Shown here one piece after another: positions 18,963 through 29,148 of a DNA stretch of 64,000 nt. The position numbers and the translations under genes were made by a program. The stretch spans positions 64,001-128,000 of the forward strand of contig JBBRRY010000001.1 in NCBI GenBank assembly GCA_038245905.1, read 5' to 3'. The first letter of the stretch is position 1. Each line of letters begins with the position of its first letter. The DNA is from Thermoanaerobaculia bacterium (lineage in GTDB: Bacteria; Acidobacteriota; Thermoanaerobaculia; UBA5066). Under the pieces are notes generated by a model. It saw only the letters and a program-made list of their open reading frames with translations, had not been told where the DNA came from and did no database searches.

Positions 18963-19702
18963 GCGGCACCCGCGTCGTCCCCGAGGTAGGCCGCGACGAC
19001 CTCCGGATTGCGAAGAACCTCGCGCGGCACTCCCTCGGCGATCATTTCGCCGAAGTTCAGCACCAGAATGCGATCCGTCACGCCCGCGACGGCGTGGACG
19101 TGGTGCTCGATCATGAGCACGGTCAGCCCCGAGTCGCGGATCGCCCGAACGAGGGACATCGCCGCTACGATCTCGGAAGGATTCAGTCCCCCCATGACCT
19201 CGTCGAGACAGAGGACCGCGGGCTCCGTCGCGAGAGCGCGCGCGATCTCGAGACGCTTGAGGTCGCCGATCGGGAGGGCCATCGCGAGAGATCCGGTTCG
19301 GGCCCCCAGGCCCGTACGCTCGAGGATCTCCGCCACGCGCCGGCGCGCGTCCGCCCCGCGCCTCTGTCCCGCTCCGAAGTGGGCGCCGATCGAAACGTTC
19401 GCCTCGACGGTCATCTCGCGGAAGGGGCGCGGAATCTGATGAGTCCTCACGAGCCCGCGCGCGACGACGGCGTAGTTGGGAAGGCCCGCGATCTCCCTTC
19501 CCTGGAACCGAATCGAACCCGAAGTCGGAGGCAGGGATCCGACGAGGCAGGAGAAGAGCGTCGTCTTGCCGGCGCCGTTCGGGCCGATGACGCCGTAGAT
19601 CTCGCCCTCGGTGACGGAAAATGTCACGTCCGAGAGGGCGAGAAGCCCCCCGAAGCGCTTCTTCAGCGCCCGTACGGAAAGGATCGGTTCAGGCATCGGC
19701 AT
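18959..19702 (-). CDS. livG: ABC ATPase (LivG-like)
   Basis: KRFGGL, GPNGAGKTT, LDEVMGGLN. Confidence 0.9.
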   Translation of the reverse strand: MPMPEPILSVRALKKRFGGLLALSDVTFSVTEGEIYGVIGPNGAGKTTLFSCLVGSLPPTSGSIRFQGREIAGLPNYAVVARGLVRTHQIPRPFREMTVEANVSIGAHFGAGQRRGADARRRVAEILERTGLGARTGSLAMALPIGDLKRLEIARALATEPAVLCLDEVMGGLNPSEIVAAMSLVRAIRDSGLTVLMIEHHVHAVAGVTDRILVLNFGEMIAEGVPREVLRNPEVVAAYLGDDAGAA

Positions 19703-20627
19703 AGAAGCGCCGGAGGCGCCGGTCGAAGAACCTCCTCAAGAGTCCGAGGATGCCCTTCGGCTCGAACAGCATGACGACGATGAGGAGCGTGCCGTAGAGG
19801 AAGAGGTACGAGTCGCGCAGGGCGGGGATCGAAAGGAGCTTTACCTGCAGGGTCGAAAAGACCAGGGCCCCGAGGACGGGCCCGGCGATGGTCCCGACGC
19901 CTCCGACGATGGGCATGAGTACGATGCTCAGACTCAGCCGGAAGTCGAAGACCGAACCGGGGGCGATGTACTGGAAGTTGATCGCGTAGAGACCGCCCGC
20001 GACGGCGACGAGGGCCGCCGAAAGCGCATGCGCCGCGAGCTTGAAACGCGTCGAATCGATGCCGAGCGCCTCCGCCGCGTCGATGTCCTGCCGGATGGCG
20101 GCGAGAGCCTGCCCGAAAGCGCTGCGTTTCACGAACGCCGCGAGCGCGACGACCGCGATCGCAAGCGTGGCCATCGACAGGTAGTTGAGCGTGAAGTCGA
20201 ACGAGCCCGGAGGCATCCGGAGGCCGCTCGATCCTCCCGTGAAGGAGACGCTCGAGGCGCAGACGCGGACGACTTCGCCGACGCCGATCGTCGCGATCGT
20301 GAAGTAGGGTCCTCGCAGCCGGAACGCGGGAAGACCGACAAGGACCGAGAAAGCGGCCGCGAGAGCGGCTCCGAGGGGCAGCGTGAGGAACGGGTTCATG
20401 CCGCGTAGCGAGAGCAGCACCGTCGCGTAGGCCCCGATCCCGAGAAAAGCCGAGTAACCCAGCGAGACCTGCCCGGCGAACCCTCCCAGCAGATTCCACG
20501 CCGACGCGAGGACGACGGCGAACGCCAGGCTCCAGACGTCGTTCAACGTGCCGCGTTCGAGCATAAGAGGGGCGGCGAGGGCGAGAACGCCGAGCGCTGC
20601 TCCGGACGCCCAGGGGAAAGCCTTCAC
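19689..20627 (-). CDS. livM: ABC permease (LivM-like)
   Basis: WNLLGGFAGQVSLG, RLRGPYF; GTG overlaps livH stop. Confidence 0.88.
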   Translation of the reverse strand: MKAFPWASGAALGVLALAAPLMLERGTLNDVWSLAFAVVLASAWNLLGGFAGQVSLGYSAFLGIGAYATVLLSLRGMNPFLTLPLGAALAAAFSVLVGLPAFRLRGPYFTIATIGVGEVVRVCASSVSFTGGSSGLRMPPGSFDFTLNYLSMATLAIAVVALAAFVKRSAFGQALAAIRQDIDAAEALGIDSTRFKLAAHALSAALVAVAGGLYAINFQYIAPGSVFDFRLSLSIVLMPIVGGVGTIAGPVLGALVFSTLQVKLLSIPALRDSYLFLYGTLLIVVMLFEPKGILGLLRRFFDRRLRRFYADA

Positions 20628-21529
20628 CGGATCGTCCGCGAACGCGCGAAGCGCGCGAAGAGCCCGGGCAGGCCCCGAGGGAACGCGACAAGGGCGACGA
20701 AGAGAAGAGCGAAGCTCACGGCGTCCTGGAACGACGTTGGAATCGTCGTCCAGACGGCGAGACCGTTCTCGAGGAGGGCGAGCACGAGCGCACCCGCTGC
20801 GACGCCGGTTACACTTTCCATGCCCCCGAGGACGATGATGCAGAAAGCCTTGAGGAGGAAGCTCCGCCCGAAGTCGGGCGTGAACGCGTAAAGAGTCGAG
20901 AGCATCCCGCCCGCGACGCCCGCGAAGGCCGTCCCGAGCCCGAACGCGACGGCCGAGATGCGGTCCGCGTCGACGCCCGCGAGCAGAGCCGCGTCCCGGT
21001 TCTGGGTGACGGCGCGGATGGCCTTCCCGAGGTACGTCGCCTTCAGGACGACGTTCAGGAAGACGAGCGACAGGACGCTCCCCGCGAACACGAAGAACGA
21101 AGGGACTCCGACCCTCACCCCGAACACGGCGACGGACTTCATCGTGTACCCCGTCAGGATGGACTGCGTGTCGCCTGTCCATATGACGTACGCGAGGTTC
21201 TGGAGGACGAGCCAGACACCGAAGAGAAGGAGGAGCGACTCCATCGACGGAGTCGCGCCCGAGCGGGGGAGACGGCTCACGACGAGGTGGTAGAGGACGA
21301 CGCCGATCAGGAAGAAGAGGGGTCCCACGACGAAAAGCGAGAGAAACGGGTCGAGCGAGAAGCGCGTAAACAGCGTGAGCGTCGCATACGCGCCGAGCAT
21401 CATGAGGCCCGCGTGCGCGAGATTGATGATGCGCATGACGCCATAGATCACGGCGAGGCCATAGGCCATCGTCGCGTACAGCGCCGCGGAGATCACGGAG
21501 TTGACGAGGACCCCGGCAATGTCCTGCAA
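20624..21529 (-). CDS. livH: ABC permease (LivH-like)
   Basis: GVMRIINLAH, GKAIRA, IIVLGGM. Confidence 0.9.
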   Translation of the reverse strand: MQDIAGVLVNSVISAALYATMAYGLAVIYGVMRIINLAHAGLMMLGAYATLTLFTRFSLDPFLSLFVVGPLFFLIGVVLYHLVVSRLPRSGATPSMESLLLLFGVWLVLQNLAYVIWTGDTQSILTGYTMKSVAVFGVRVGVPSFFVFAGSVLSLVFLNVVLKATYLGKAIRAVTQNRDAALLAGVDADRISAVAFGLGTAFAGVAGGMLSTLYAFTPDFGRSFLLKAFCIIVLGGMESVTGVAAGALVLALLENGLAVWTTIPTSFQDAVSFALLFVALVAFPRGLPGLFARFARSRTIR

Positions 21530-21583
21530 GAGACCCCGAGCCTAGCAGGCCGGGTGCCTCCGCTGGGCCGTTGGCAAGAGCCC

Positions 21584-21937
21584 TTACGAGCGGGGCGGCG
21601 CCAGCGTGCGGACAAAGCGTGCCGTGGCGATTGCCGCGACGAGGGTCGGCGCCACGAGGACGACCAGGGACACCGGCAGGAAGAGATCCGGAGGAAGTGG
21701 CCGGAGGACGTAGAGCGCCCACGCCGCCAGCGCGCCGCCGAGGCACGCCACGATCAGGCCGCGGCCGAAGTACGCGTTGGCCTCGTACCAGACGTCCTCG
21801 TCGCCCATCGTGGCGCGGGTTCGGAATCCGTAGACGACGTTGGGGGGCACTTTCCGCAGGGCGAGCGGGATCGCCACCAGGACGAGGACGAGCGACAGTC
21901 CGAGGATGGTGAAGAAGCCTTTCTCAAAGACGGTCAT
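21584..21937 (-). CDS. SdpI/YhfL-family small membrane protein
   Basis: KVPPN..YGFRT......W..AN motif; 3 TM; GGAGG RBS. Confidence 0.8.
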   Translation of the reverse strand: MTVFEKGFFTILGLSLVLVLVAIPLALRKVPPNVVYGFRTRATMGDEDVWYEANAYFGRGLIVACLGGALAAWALYVLRPLPPDLFLPVSLVVLVAPTLVAAIATARFVRTLAPPRS

Positions 21938-22016
21938 TCGAAGCCTCCAGCGTTTCCGCACTACTTGGCCCGAGGCGTCATCGCACGGGGCGCCATCGCC
22001 GCGGCGTGCGGGTGTT

Positions 22017-23237
22017 TCACCCCTTCGGCATTGGTGCGACGGGCGAGCCCGTTCGGGCCTCCTTCGGCCAGACGAGATCGATCTTACCGTCCGGCTTGTT
22101 CTGCGTCACGACGAAGGGAAGAACTGCCTGGCCCGTCTTCGTGAACCTCAGGACGCCACCGGGCAGGATCGAGTCTTTGAGCTCGATCGCGGCGAGCGCC
22201 GCTCGTATAGCCTCGGGTTTCAGGGAACCGGCCCTCTGGATCGCCGCGAAGAGGGAGCGCGCCGCTTCGTAGGCCGTCGCGTGATACCACTGCGGGGCCG
22301 AGCCCGCCGCGGCCTTCCACTTCGCCGAGAAAGCCTTCACCTGCGGATAGGGGAGGAGGTCCGACCACCAGCCGCTCGCGAAGATGTAGTCCGTGGCGGC
22401 GCCGAGGCCCTTGCGGCCCGCTTCGTCCGCGCCGCGGGCGCCATACGTGAGCATCTGATGATAGAGGCCCATCTGAGTGTACGTGCGCTGCATCGAGATG
22501 AAGTCCTCGAGATGGGCGTCGCACATGAAGAGGTCGGCCTTCGCGGCGGCGACGCGTCCGAGGAGCGGCTTGAAGTCGGCCGCATAGAGCTCGAAGCTCT
22601 CGTCGAGGACGACGGAATAGCCCGGATGCGCCTTCACGTAGTCCTTCACGCCTTTCTGAAAGTCCTTTCCGTGCTCCGTGTTCTCGACGAGGAGGGCGAT
22701 CGTGAGCGGCTTCTTGAGCTTTCCCTGGGCGACGAGGTCCGAGAGAAAATCCATCTGCGTCGTCGCGAGGTTCTCGACGGGCGAAAGAACGCCGAACACC
22801 CACTTGCTGCGTCCGTAGATGCTCGTCGCCCCCGCGCCGCCGGACACGTATGGGATGCCGTAACGGTCGGGGACGACGCTCTGCGCCTGCACGAGCTGGG
22901 ATCCGTATCCGCCGATCACGGCATGGACCTTCTGCTGCGCCATGAGTTGCTCCACGAGCTGGGCGCTGCGTGAAGCGTCCGAGGTGTCGTCGAGGAGCGA
23001 GAGCTCGATCTTCATCTTCTTCCCGCCCACGTCGAGACCACCCGCCTCGTTGACTTCCTTGACGGCGTACTCGGTCGCCGCCTTGAAGGCGCCGCCGATC
23101 TTGGATTCCTTTCCGGTCACGGGCAGGACCGCTCCGATCCGGATCGTGTCCTCCGCGGCCGACACCCACAGGGGGAAAGCCGAGAGGAGCGCGGCGGCGA
23201 GGAAGGCGAGACGGGGGCGGGGCTGCTGCGACGTCAT
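22017..23237 (-). CDS. ABC substrate-binding protein (LivK/LivJ family)
   Basis: signal peptide; IRIGAVLPVTG, VNEAGG, DDTSD. Confidence 0.9.
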   Translation of the reverse strand: MTSQQPRPRLAFLAAALLSAFPLWVSAAEDTIRIGAVLPVTGKESKIGGAFKAATEYAVKEVNEAGGLDVGGKKMKIELSLLDDTSDASRSAQLVEQLMAQQKVHAVIGGYGSQLVQAQSVVPDRYGIPYVSGGAGATSIYGRSKWVFGVLSPVENLATTQMDFLSDLVAQGKLKKPLTIALLVENTEHGKDFQKGVKDYVKAHPGYSVVLDESFELYAADFKPLLGRVAAAKADLFMCDAHLEDFISMQRTYTQMGLYHQMLTYGARGADEAGRKGLGAATDYIFASGWWSDLLPYPQVKAFSAKWKAAAGSAPQWYHATAYEAARSLFAAIQRAGSLKPEAIRAALAAIELKDSILPGGVLRFTKTGQAVLPFVVTQNKPDGKIDLVWPKEARTGSPVAPMPKG

Positions 23238-23255
23238 CTTGACCTCCGAACGGAA

Positions 23256-23278
23256 CCGCCCCTCGGGAAGAGGGGCGG
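23256..23278. other. intergenic GC-rich hairpin
   Basis: CCGCCCCTC-GGGAA-GAGGGGCGG between porin-like gene and SBP gene. Confidence 0.5.
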
Positions 23279-23324
23279 GGCTTCGTACAGCGGGCTTTGA
23301 ACGCGGGCGGCCGTTGGCCGGGAA

Positions 23325-24479
23325 TCAGAAGTAGTAGGCCTGCATCTGGAACGTGAACTGGTTCGTCGCGTACCCCGTCTTGAGGTTCACGCGCTGCCAC
23401 CAGAACTTGAGATTGAAGTTGTGGGGGTTCTTCGGGTACGGGTAGAGGTTGAGACCGACCGCGTACCGGTTCTCGTTCTTGGACTCGTTGACGGCGTCCG
23501 TGAACGTCTTCTGCTCGTATCTCACGATCGGGGCGATCTTGAGGGCCTTCAGGAAGACGCCCGCCTCGATCTGGAACGTGTTTTCCTGGGGGAGGGCGGT
23601 CAGCAGCGTGCCGCCGTTCGCGTATTGGTACTGGACCGTGGACTCGAAGGCGCCGAGGTCGATCGGGAAGGCCATGTAAAGATCGGCCGATCCGAACCGG
23701 TAGTCGCCCTGCGTATCGTACGCGGCCCCGAGCGCGAGGATCTTCTTCGTCCCGAGGTACGAGCCGCCGTAAGAAGGCATGTTGTAGACCTCGGTGTCGA
23801 AGAAGTTCCACTGGAGGCGGTTCACGAACCGCGGGGAATTCTTGACGCCCGGCTGGCGGAATCCGCCGAAGATCGCGGAGCGGTACTCGAGGCGGTCGCA
23901 GAAAAAGTACCCGCGGAACATGAAGCCCGTGTCGCGGCCCGCGTTGTTCTGGAGCGGGGTGCTCGCGAGGAAGGTGTACGCGGAGAGGTCGAGCATGAAC
24001 TCCGTCGTGCTGCTCTTGAGGCCCTCGCGGCTCACGGGCGCCCTCACCTCGCCGAACTGGATGTTGAACTCCTTCGCGATGCGCCATTCGGCGGTGGCGT
24101 CGAGGAGGGTGAATCCGGTCCCCGGAGACTTGACACCCGAGGTGCTTCCCACCGCCTGCGTGGCCTTGCCGAGACTCGAGTTGTCGGTCTCGGCGAAGAA
24201 GTAGACATTCTTCGCGACCTGGCCGGCGAAAAGGAAGCGGACGCGGCGGACGAGGAGATTTTGCTGGAAGCCCCCCGTCGCGTCCTTCGTCGCGTTCGCG
24301 ACTTCCTGGAAGTCGGCCTGGGGCTGGATCAGGAATCCGAACTTCAGGTTGATCGAGTCGTTGACCTTGATGAGAGCCTGGGCTTCGCTCGTCCCGGCGC
24401 GGCCGAACGCGAGCAGGAGCGTGGCGGCGATGAGGACTCGGGCGGTCGTCCGCAGGGCGCGGTGCGCGGCAATCGGCAT
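23325..24479 (-). CDS. outer-membrane porin-like beta-barrel
   Basis: signal peptide; amphipathic beta strands; RRVRF; ends in YYF. Confidence 0.75.
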   Translation of the reverse strand: MPIAAHRALRTTARVLIAATLLLAFGRAGTSEAQALIKVNDSINLKFGFLIQPQADFQEVANATKDATGGFQQNLLVRRVRFLFAGQVAKNVYFFAETDNSSLGKATQAVGSTSGVKSPGTGFTLLDATAEWRIAKEFNIQFGEVRAPVSREGLKSSTTEFMLDLSAYTFLASTPLQNNAGRDTGFMFRGYFFCDRLEYRSAIFGGFRQPGVKNSPRFVNRLQWNFFDTEVYNMPSYGGSYLGTKKILALGAAYDTQGDYRFGSADLYMAFPIDLGAFESTVQYQYANGGTLLTALPQENTFQIEAGVFLKALKIAPIVRYEQKTFTDAVNESKNENRYAVGLNLYPYPKNPHNFNLKFWWQRVNLKTGYATNQFTFQMQAYYF

Positions 24480-24580
24480 GAGAGCATCTCTCCTCTTCGG
24501 CCGGACGTTTCGGATGACCCAAGAATAATCGAACGACAGGGGGAGTTCAATCGCTGATGCGCCTGAATCATTTGAGACGT

Positions 24581-25741
24581 TTACGCGCAGAGAACGAGGT
24601 CTGCCAGGAGCCCCAATCCGAACGCGAGGAGACAGGCCGCGACGACCCCCGGCCATCCGAAGGCCTGCCAGGCATATCCGGGCAAAACCGAGCCAAACGT
24701 CGCTCCGACGTAGTAGAAGGTCGTATAGAGGGCTCCCGCGCCACCCTTCGCCTCCCGGGCCGTGGCGTTCACGAAGGCCGGGGCCGTGCCTTGGACGAAG
24801 AACATCCCGACGCAGAGAACGACGAGGGAGAGAATCACGACCGGGAGGACGGGAACGAGGCTCAGGACTACGGCTGCCGCCGCGATCAGGAACCCCGTCG
24901 CCATGAGCGCGCGGCGGCCGAAGCGCCCCGAGAGGTTCCCGACGATGATGGACGTCAGGACCCCGGCGCCATATACGAGATAGATCGCGGAGATCGAGCC
25001 CGTCGAGAGGCCGAATGGAGCCGCGGCGAGGTAGTAGGGGAGGTACGTGAAGATCCCGATGAACCCGAAGAACACCGAACCACCGATGAGGAATCCGCCT
25101 ACCAGCCGCCGGTCACGGAAGTGGCCCAGCATTTCGCGGTATGCCAAGCCGACCGGGATGCGCCCCCTGCGCACAGAAGGGGGGAGAAAGAGAGCCATTC
25201 CGAGCGCCGCGGCCAGCGTGAAGACCGCGAACACGACGAAGGGCGTTCGCCAGCTGAAATGGCTCGCGATCCAACCGCTTCCCACGCGCCCCGTGAGCCC
25301 GCCCATGACAGATGCCGCAACCCACCCGCCGACGGCGGGCCCCAGCCTCGGCCCGCCGAACTGATCCCCGAGGTAGGCCACGGCCACAGCGGTGACGCCG
25401 GGCACCAGCAGCCCCTGCGCGCCGCGGAGGACGACAAGGAGCGGAAGGTTCGGCGCGCTGGCGCAGAGGAACGTTGGAACGGACAGCAGCGCGCAGCTCC
25501 AGACCATGACCGGCTTGCGTCCGAGGGCGTCCGCAAGGGGGCCCCAGGCGTTCGAGATGAGGGCGATCATGAGGACGACCACCGAGAGCGTGAGCGCGGC
25601 TGTCGGTGCGGACACTCCAAACTCGCGGGAGAGAAGCGGCAGGATCGGCTGCGTGACGTAGACGTCCGCGAAGACCGCGACCGTCGCGAAAAAAAGGGGG
25701 AAGAGCGCCCGCCGGTCGCCGTGGAGTGAGGGCCCGGTCAT
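24581..25741 (-). CDS. MFS transporter (YnfM-like)
   Basis: YVTQPILP, GPLADALGRKPVM, about 12 TM. Confidence 0.88.
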   Translation of the reverse strand: MTGPSLHGDRRALFPLFFATVAVFADVYVTQPILPLLSREFGVSAPTAALTLSVVVLMIALISNAWGPLADALGRKPVMVWSCALLSVPTFLCASAPNLPLLVVLRGAQGLLVPGVTAVAVAYLGDQFGGPRLGPAVGGWVAASVMGGLTGRVGSGWIASHFSWRTPFVVFAVFTLAAALGMALFLPPSVRRGRIPVGLAYREMLGHFRDRRLVGGFLIGGSVFFGFIGIFTYLPYYLAAAPFGLSTGSISAIYLVYGAGVLTSIIVGNLSGRFGRRALMATGFLIAAAAVVLSLVPVLPVVILSLVVLCVGMFFVQGTAPAFVNATAREAKGGAGALYTTFYYVGATFGSVLPGYAWQAFGWPGVVAACLLAFGLGLLADLVLCA

Positions 25742-25748
25742 CGGTTTG

Positions 25749-27311
25749 TCAGAGCCCGAGGTACGCTTTTCGGATGTTGGCGTCGTCCAGGAGCTCGGCG
25801 GCGGGGCCGGTCTGGACGATCCGACCGGTCTCGAGCACGTAGCCGCGGTGCGCGTGCTCGAGGGCGACCTGAACGTCCTGCTCCACGAGGAGGACCGTCG
25901 TGCCCTTCTCGTTGATCTGCGAGATGAGGTCGAGGAGGTTGTCGACGACCAGCGGGGCGAGGCCGAGTGAGAGCTCATCGATGAGGAGAAGTCTCGGGCG
26001 GCTCATGAGCCCGCGCCCGATCGCGCACATCTGCTGCTCCCCGCCCGAGAGGCGGCCCGCGAGCTGGCCGGAGCGCTCCTTGAGGCGCGGGAGGAGGCCG
26101 TAGACCCAGTCGAGGTCTTCCTCGATCCCGGCACGGTCCCTCCTCAGGAACGCCCCCTGCCGGAGGTTCTCCTCAACGGTCAGGCCCGAGAAGAGGCGCC
26201 GTCCCTGCGGGACGTGGACGACTCCCGCGCCCACGATCTCGTCGGGCGGGGCGGACGTGATGTCGCGGCCGCCAAACGTGATGGAGCCAGCCGTGGGCTT
26301 GAGGAGCTGCGAGATCGTGTAGAGAAGCGTCGTCTTGCCGGCGCCGTTCGCGCCGATGAGGGCGACGATCTCCTTCTCCCTCACGGTGAGGGAGACGTCG
26401 CGGAGGATCTGAACCTCGCAGTAGCCCGAAGAGAGGCCCTTCACGTCGAGGAGGGCGTCCCCCGCCGCGGCCGGAGGTGTTTTTCGGAACTCGCGTGAGG
26501 GGACGAATGGGGCGCCCTCGTCGGCCGCGGCGCGTGCACGCTGCGCGAACCGTTCGCCGAGGTAAGCCTCGATGACGGCGGGGCTCTCGACGATCTCTCT
26601 CGGGTCCCCCTCGGCGATCTTTCTCCCGTAGTGGAGGACGACGAGGCGGTCCGAGATTCCCATGATCGCCTTCATGACGTGCTCGATCACGAAGATCGTG
26701 ACGCCGCTCCGGTTGATCGACTGGATGAGCTCCATCGCCTTCTCGATCTCGGACGAGTTGAGGCCTGCCATGACCTCGTCGAGGAAGAGGAGCTTCGGGT
26801 CCATCGCGAGGGCCTTCGCGAGCTCGAGGCGCTTGAGATCGGGAATCGTGAGCTCGGTCGCCGTCCGGTCCCGCTTGTCGGCGAGGGCGACGCGGTCGAG
26901 GACCTCGTCCGCGTACGCGCGGGCCTGCGCGGCGGTGCGCTCGTGGCCGCGGGCGCCGAACATCGCCCCGGTCGCGACGTTCTCGCGGACCGTGAGCTGC
27001 CGGAGGGGCTTGACGACCTGGAAGGTCCGCGCCATCCCGAGGTGGCCGATGCGGAAGCTCGGCGTCTTCGTGATGTCCTGCCCGTCGAAGAGGATCGTCC
27101 CGGACGTCGGCTTGTCGAGTCCGGTCATGCAGTTCACGAACGTCGTCTTGCCCGCGCCGTTCGGCCCGAGGACGCCGAGGATCTCGCCGCGGCGGATCGC
27201 GAGGTCCACGCCGTCCACGGCCGCGAGGCCGCCGAATTTCTTCGTGATGCCGGTGGCGACGAGGATGGGCTCGTGCGAGAGGCGCGGCTGGACCACGGGG
27301 ACGGCGCTCAT
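25749..27311 (-). CDS. fused LivG-LivF double ABC ATPase
   Basis: two complete NBDs in one frame (GPNGAGKT; GANGAGKT...LSGGEQQM). Confidence 0.88.
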   Translation of the reverse strand: MSAVPVVQPRLSHEPILVATGITKKFGGLAAVDGVDLAIRRGEILGVLGPNGAGKTTFVNCMTGLDKPTSGTILFDGQDITKTPSFRIGHLGMARTFQVVKPLRQLTVRENVATGAMFGARGHERTAAQARAYADEVLDRVALADKRDRTATELTIPDLKRLELAKALAMDPKLLFLDEVMAGLNSSEIEKAMELIQSINRSGVTIFVIEHVMKAIMGISDRLVVLHYGRKIAEGDPREIVESPAVIEAYLGERFAQRARAAADEGAPFVPSREFRKTPPAAAGDALLDVKGLSSGYCEVQILRDVSLTVREKEIVALIGANGAGKTTLLYTISQLLKPTAGSITFGGRDITSAPPDEIVGAGVVHVPQGRRLFSGLTVEENLRQGAFLRRDRAGIEEDLDWVYGLLPRLKERSGQLAGRLSGGEQQMCAIGRGLMSRPRLLLIDELSLGLAPLVVDNLLDLISQINEKGTTVLLVEQDVQVALEHAHRGYVLETGRIVQTGPAAELLDDANIRKAYLGL

Positions 27312-28285
27312 CACGTCACGCGGTGAGCGCGGACGTTTGCAAGGAGGTCGGAGCACCGGAAGGGCCGCTCGCCCTTGGCGCGCTTCCGTCCGAGGACCGT
27401 CATGAGTCCGCGCGGCAGGAACACGATGAAGAACACGATCACGAGGCCGAGGACCGTCGGGTGCAGCTCGATGAACTTGCCCCAGATGTACGTCGAGAGG
27501 AGCTGGTAGACGGCGGCCCCGAGGACCGGGCCGACCACCGTCCCGACGCCGCCGATGATCGTCGCGATGATCATCTGGAGCGTGTAGTCGATCCTGAAGA
27601 AGTCGCCGGGCGTCACGTGGACGTTCTGGTAGGCCGTGATGCCGCCCGCCACCGCCGCGAACACGGCGGAGATGGCGTACGCGGCGACCTTGAAGAGCGT
27701 CGTATTGACGCCAAGCATCCGGGCCGCGTCCTGGTCCTCGCGGATCGCGACGCAGCCGTACCCCAGCTTCGACCGCGCGAACGCCCACGTCGCGAGGAGG
27801 CCCAGGATCACGAAACCCACGGCCGTGTAGTAGAAGAACTCGCCGTCGCTCCGGATCGGGAGGTCGATGCCCGTGGAGCCTTCCGTCACGCTGTCCCAGT
27901 TGTCCGCCACCTGGGCGAGCGCTTCGGCGACGCCGAGCGTCGCGATCGCGAAGTAGTGGCCCTTGAGGCGCAGGATCGGCAGGCCGAGGAGGATCGCGAC
28001 GCACGCCGCCAGGAGCGCGCCGGTCCCGAGCGCAGCGAAGAACGGCACGTGCCACTTGCCGAGCATGAGAAGGCCCGTCGTGTATGCGCCGATCCCGAAG
28101 TACGCGACGTTTCCGAACGCCGCGTAGCCCGTGTAGCCGCCGATGAAGTTCCAGCCCTGCGCTGTGAGAGCGAGGAGGAGAAAGCGCGTGTACGTCAGGA
28201 GCTTGTAGCTCGAGACGAATCTCGGGAGCGCGAGGAGGAGGGCGAGGGCGAGGAGCGTCCCAAGGACGGCGAGGCCCTTCTTCAA
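27311..28285 (-). CDS. livM: ABC permease (LivM-like)
   Basis: WNFIGGYTGY, RLKGHYFAIAT; TTG start. Confidence 0.88.
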   Translation of the reverse strand: MKKGLAVLGTLLALALLLALPRFVSSYKLLTYTRFLLLALTAQGWNFIGGYTGYAAFGNVAYFGIGAYTTGLLMLGKWHVPFFAALGTGALLAACVAILLGLPILRLKGHYFAIATLGVAEALAQVADNWDSVTEGSTGIDLPIRSDGEFFYYTAVGFVILGLLATWAFARSKLGYGCVAIREDQDAARMLGVNTTLFKVAAYAISAVFAAVAGGITAYQNVHVTPGDFFRIDYTLQMIIATIIGGVGTVVGPVLGAAVYQLLSTYIWGKFIELHPTVLGLVIVFFIVFLPRGLMTVLGRKRAKGERPFRCSDLLANVRAHRVT

Positions 28286-29148
28286 GCCGACTTCCCGGCG
28301 ATGCCCTGCGGGCGGAGGATCAGCAGGAGAACGAGGATGGCGAACGTGACGGCGCGGGACAGCGACGGCAGCCGCGCGCCGACGAAGACGTCGACGAACG
28401 CGTAGATGGCGGCGCCGATCACGACGTTCGCGACGTTGCCGAGGCCGCCGAGAACGCAGATCGCGAAGGCGCGCTGCGTGTACATGCCGCCGAGGTTCGG
28501 GTCGAACGGGACGATCATCGAGAGGAGCGAGCCGGCCGCGCCGGCCATGCCCGCACCGATCGCGAACGTCGACGCGTACACGACGGCGACCTTGACGCCC
28601 GTGAGGCGCGCCGCGTCGAGGTCCATGCCCGTCGCGCGGATGGCCCGGCCGGTGCGCGTGCTCTTCAGGTACCAGGCGAGCGCCGCGACGAGGACGAGCG
28701 AGACTCCGAGCGCGCCGAGCCGGATATACGGGATCCGGACGCTCCCGAGCGTCAACCCGGTGCCGCTGTACGGCGTGGTGACGGAGCGCAGGTCGGCCTT
28801 GAAGAAGAAATTGATGAGGTTGACGATGAGGAGCTCGAGACCGAAGGTCAGGAGAAACGTCGCGAGGAGCGGCGCCTTGATGATCTGGTTGATCAGCCCG
28901 CGCTGGATTCCCCAGCCGAGCGTGAAGAGGACGAGCATGGACAGCGGGATCGAAAGGAACGGGTCGACGTGCAGGAGCTCGTGCAGGAAGAACGTGATGT
29001 ACGCGCCGAGGACGATGAACGCCCCGTGCGCGAGGTTCACGATGTTCATGATCCCCCACACGAGCGAAAACCCAAGCGCGACGAGCGCGAGGATTCCGCT
29101 CAGGAGGACCGCGTTGACGAAGATCTGTCCGAGCTCGCCGAGGCTCAC
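28282..29148 (-). CDS. livH: ABC permease (LivH-like)
   Basis: GIMNIVNLAHG, GRAIRA, VLGGLG. Confidence 0.88.
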   Translation of the reverse strand: MSLGELGQIFVNAVLLSGILALVALGFSLVWGIMNIVNLAHGAFIVLGAYITFFLHELLHVDPFLSIPLSMLVLFTLGWGIQRGLINQIIKAPLLATFLLTFGLELLIVNLINFFFKADLRSVTTPYSGTGLTLGSVRIPYIRLGALGVSLVLVAALAWYLKSTRTGRAIRATGMDLDAARLTGVKVAVVYASTFAIGAGMAGAAGSLLSMIVPFDPNLGGMYTQRAFAICVLGGLGNVANVVIGAAIYAFVDVFVGARLPSLSRAVTFAILVLLLILRPQGIAGKSA

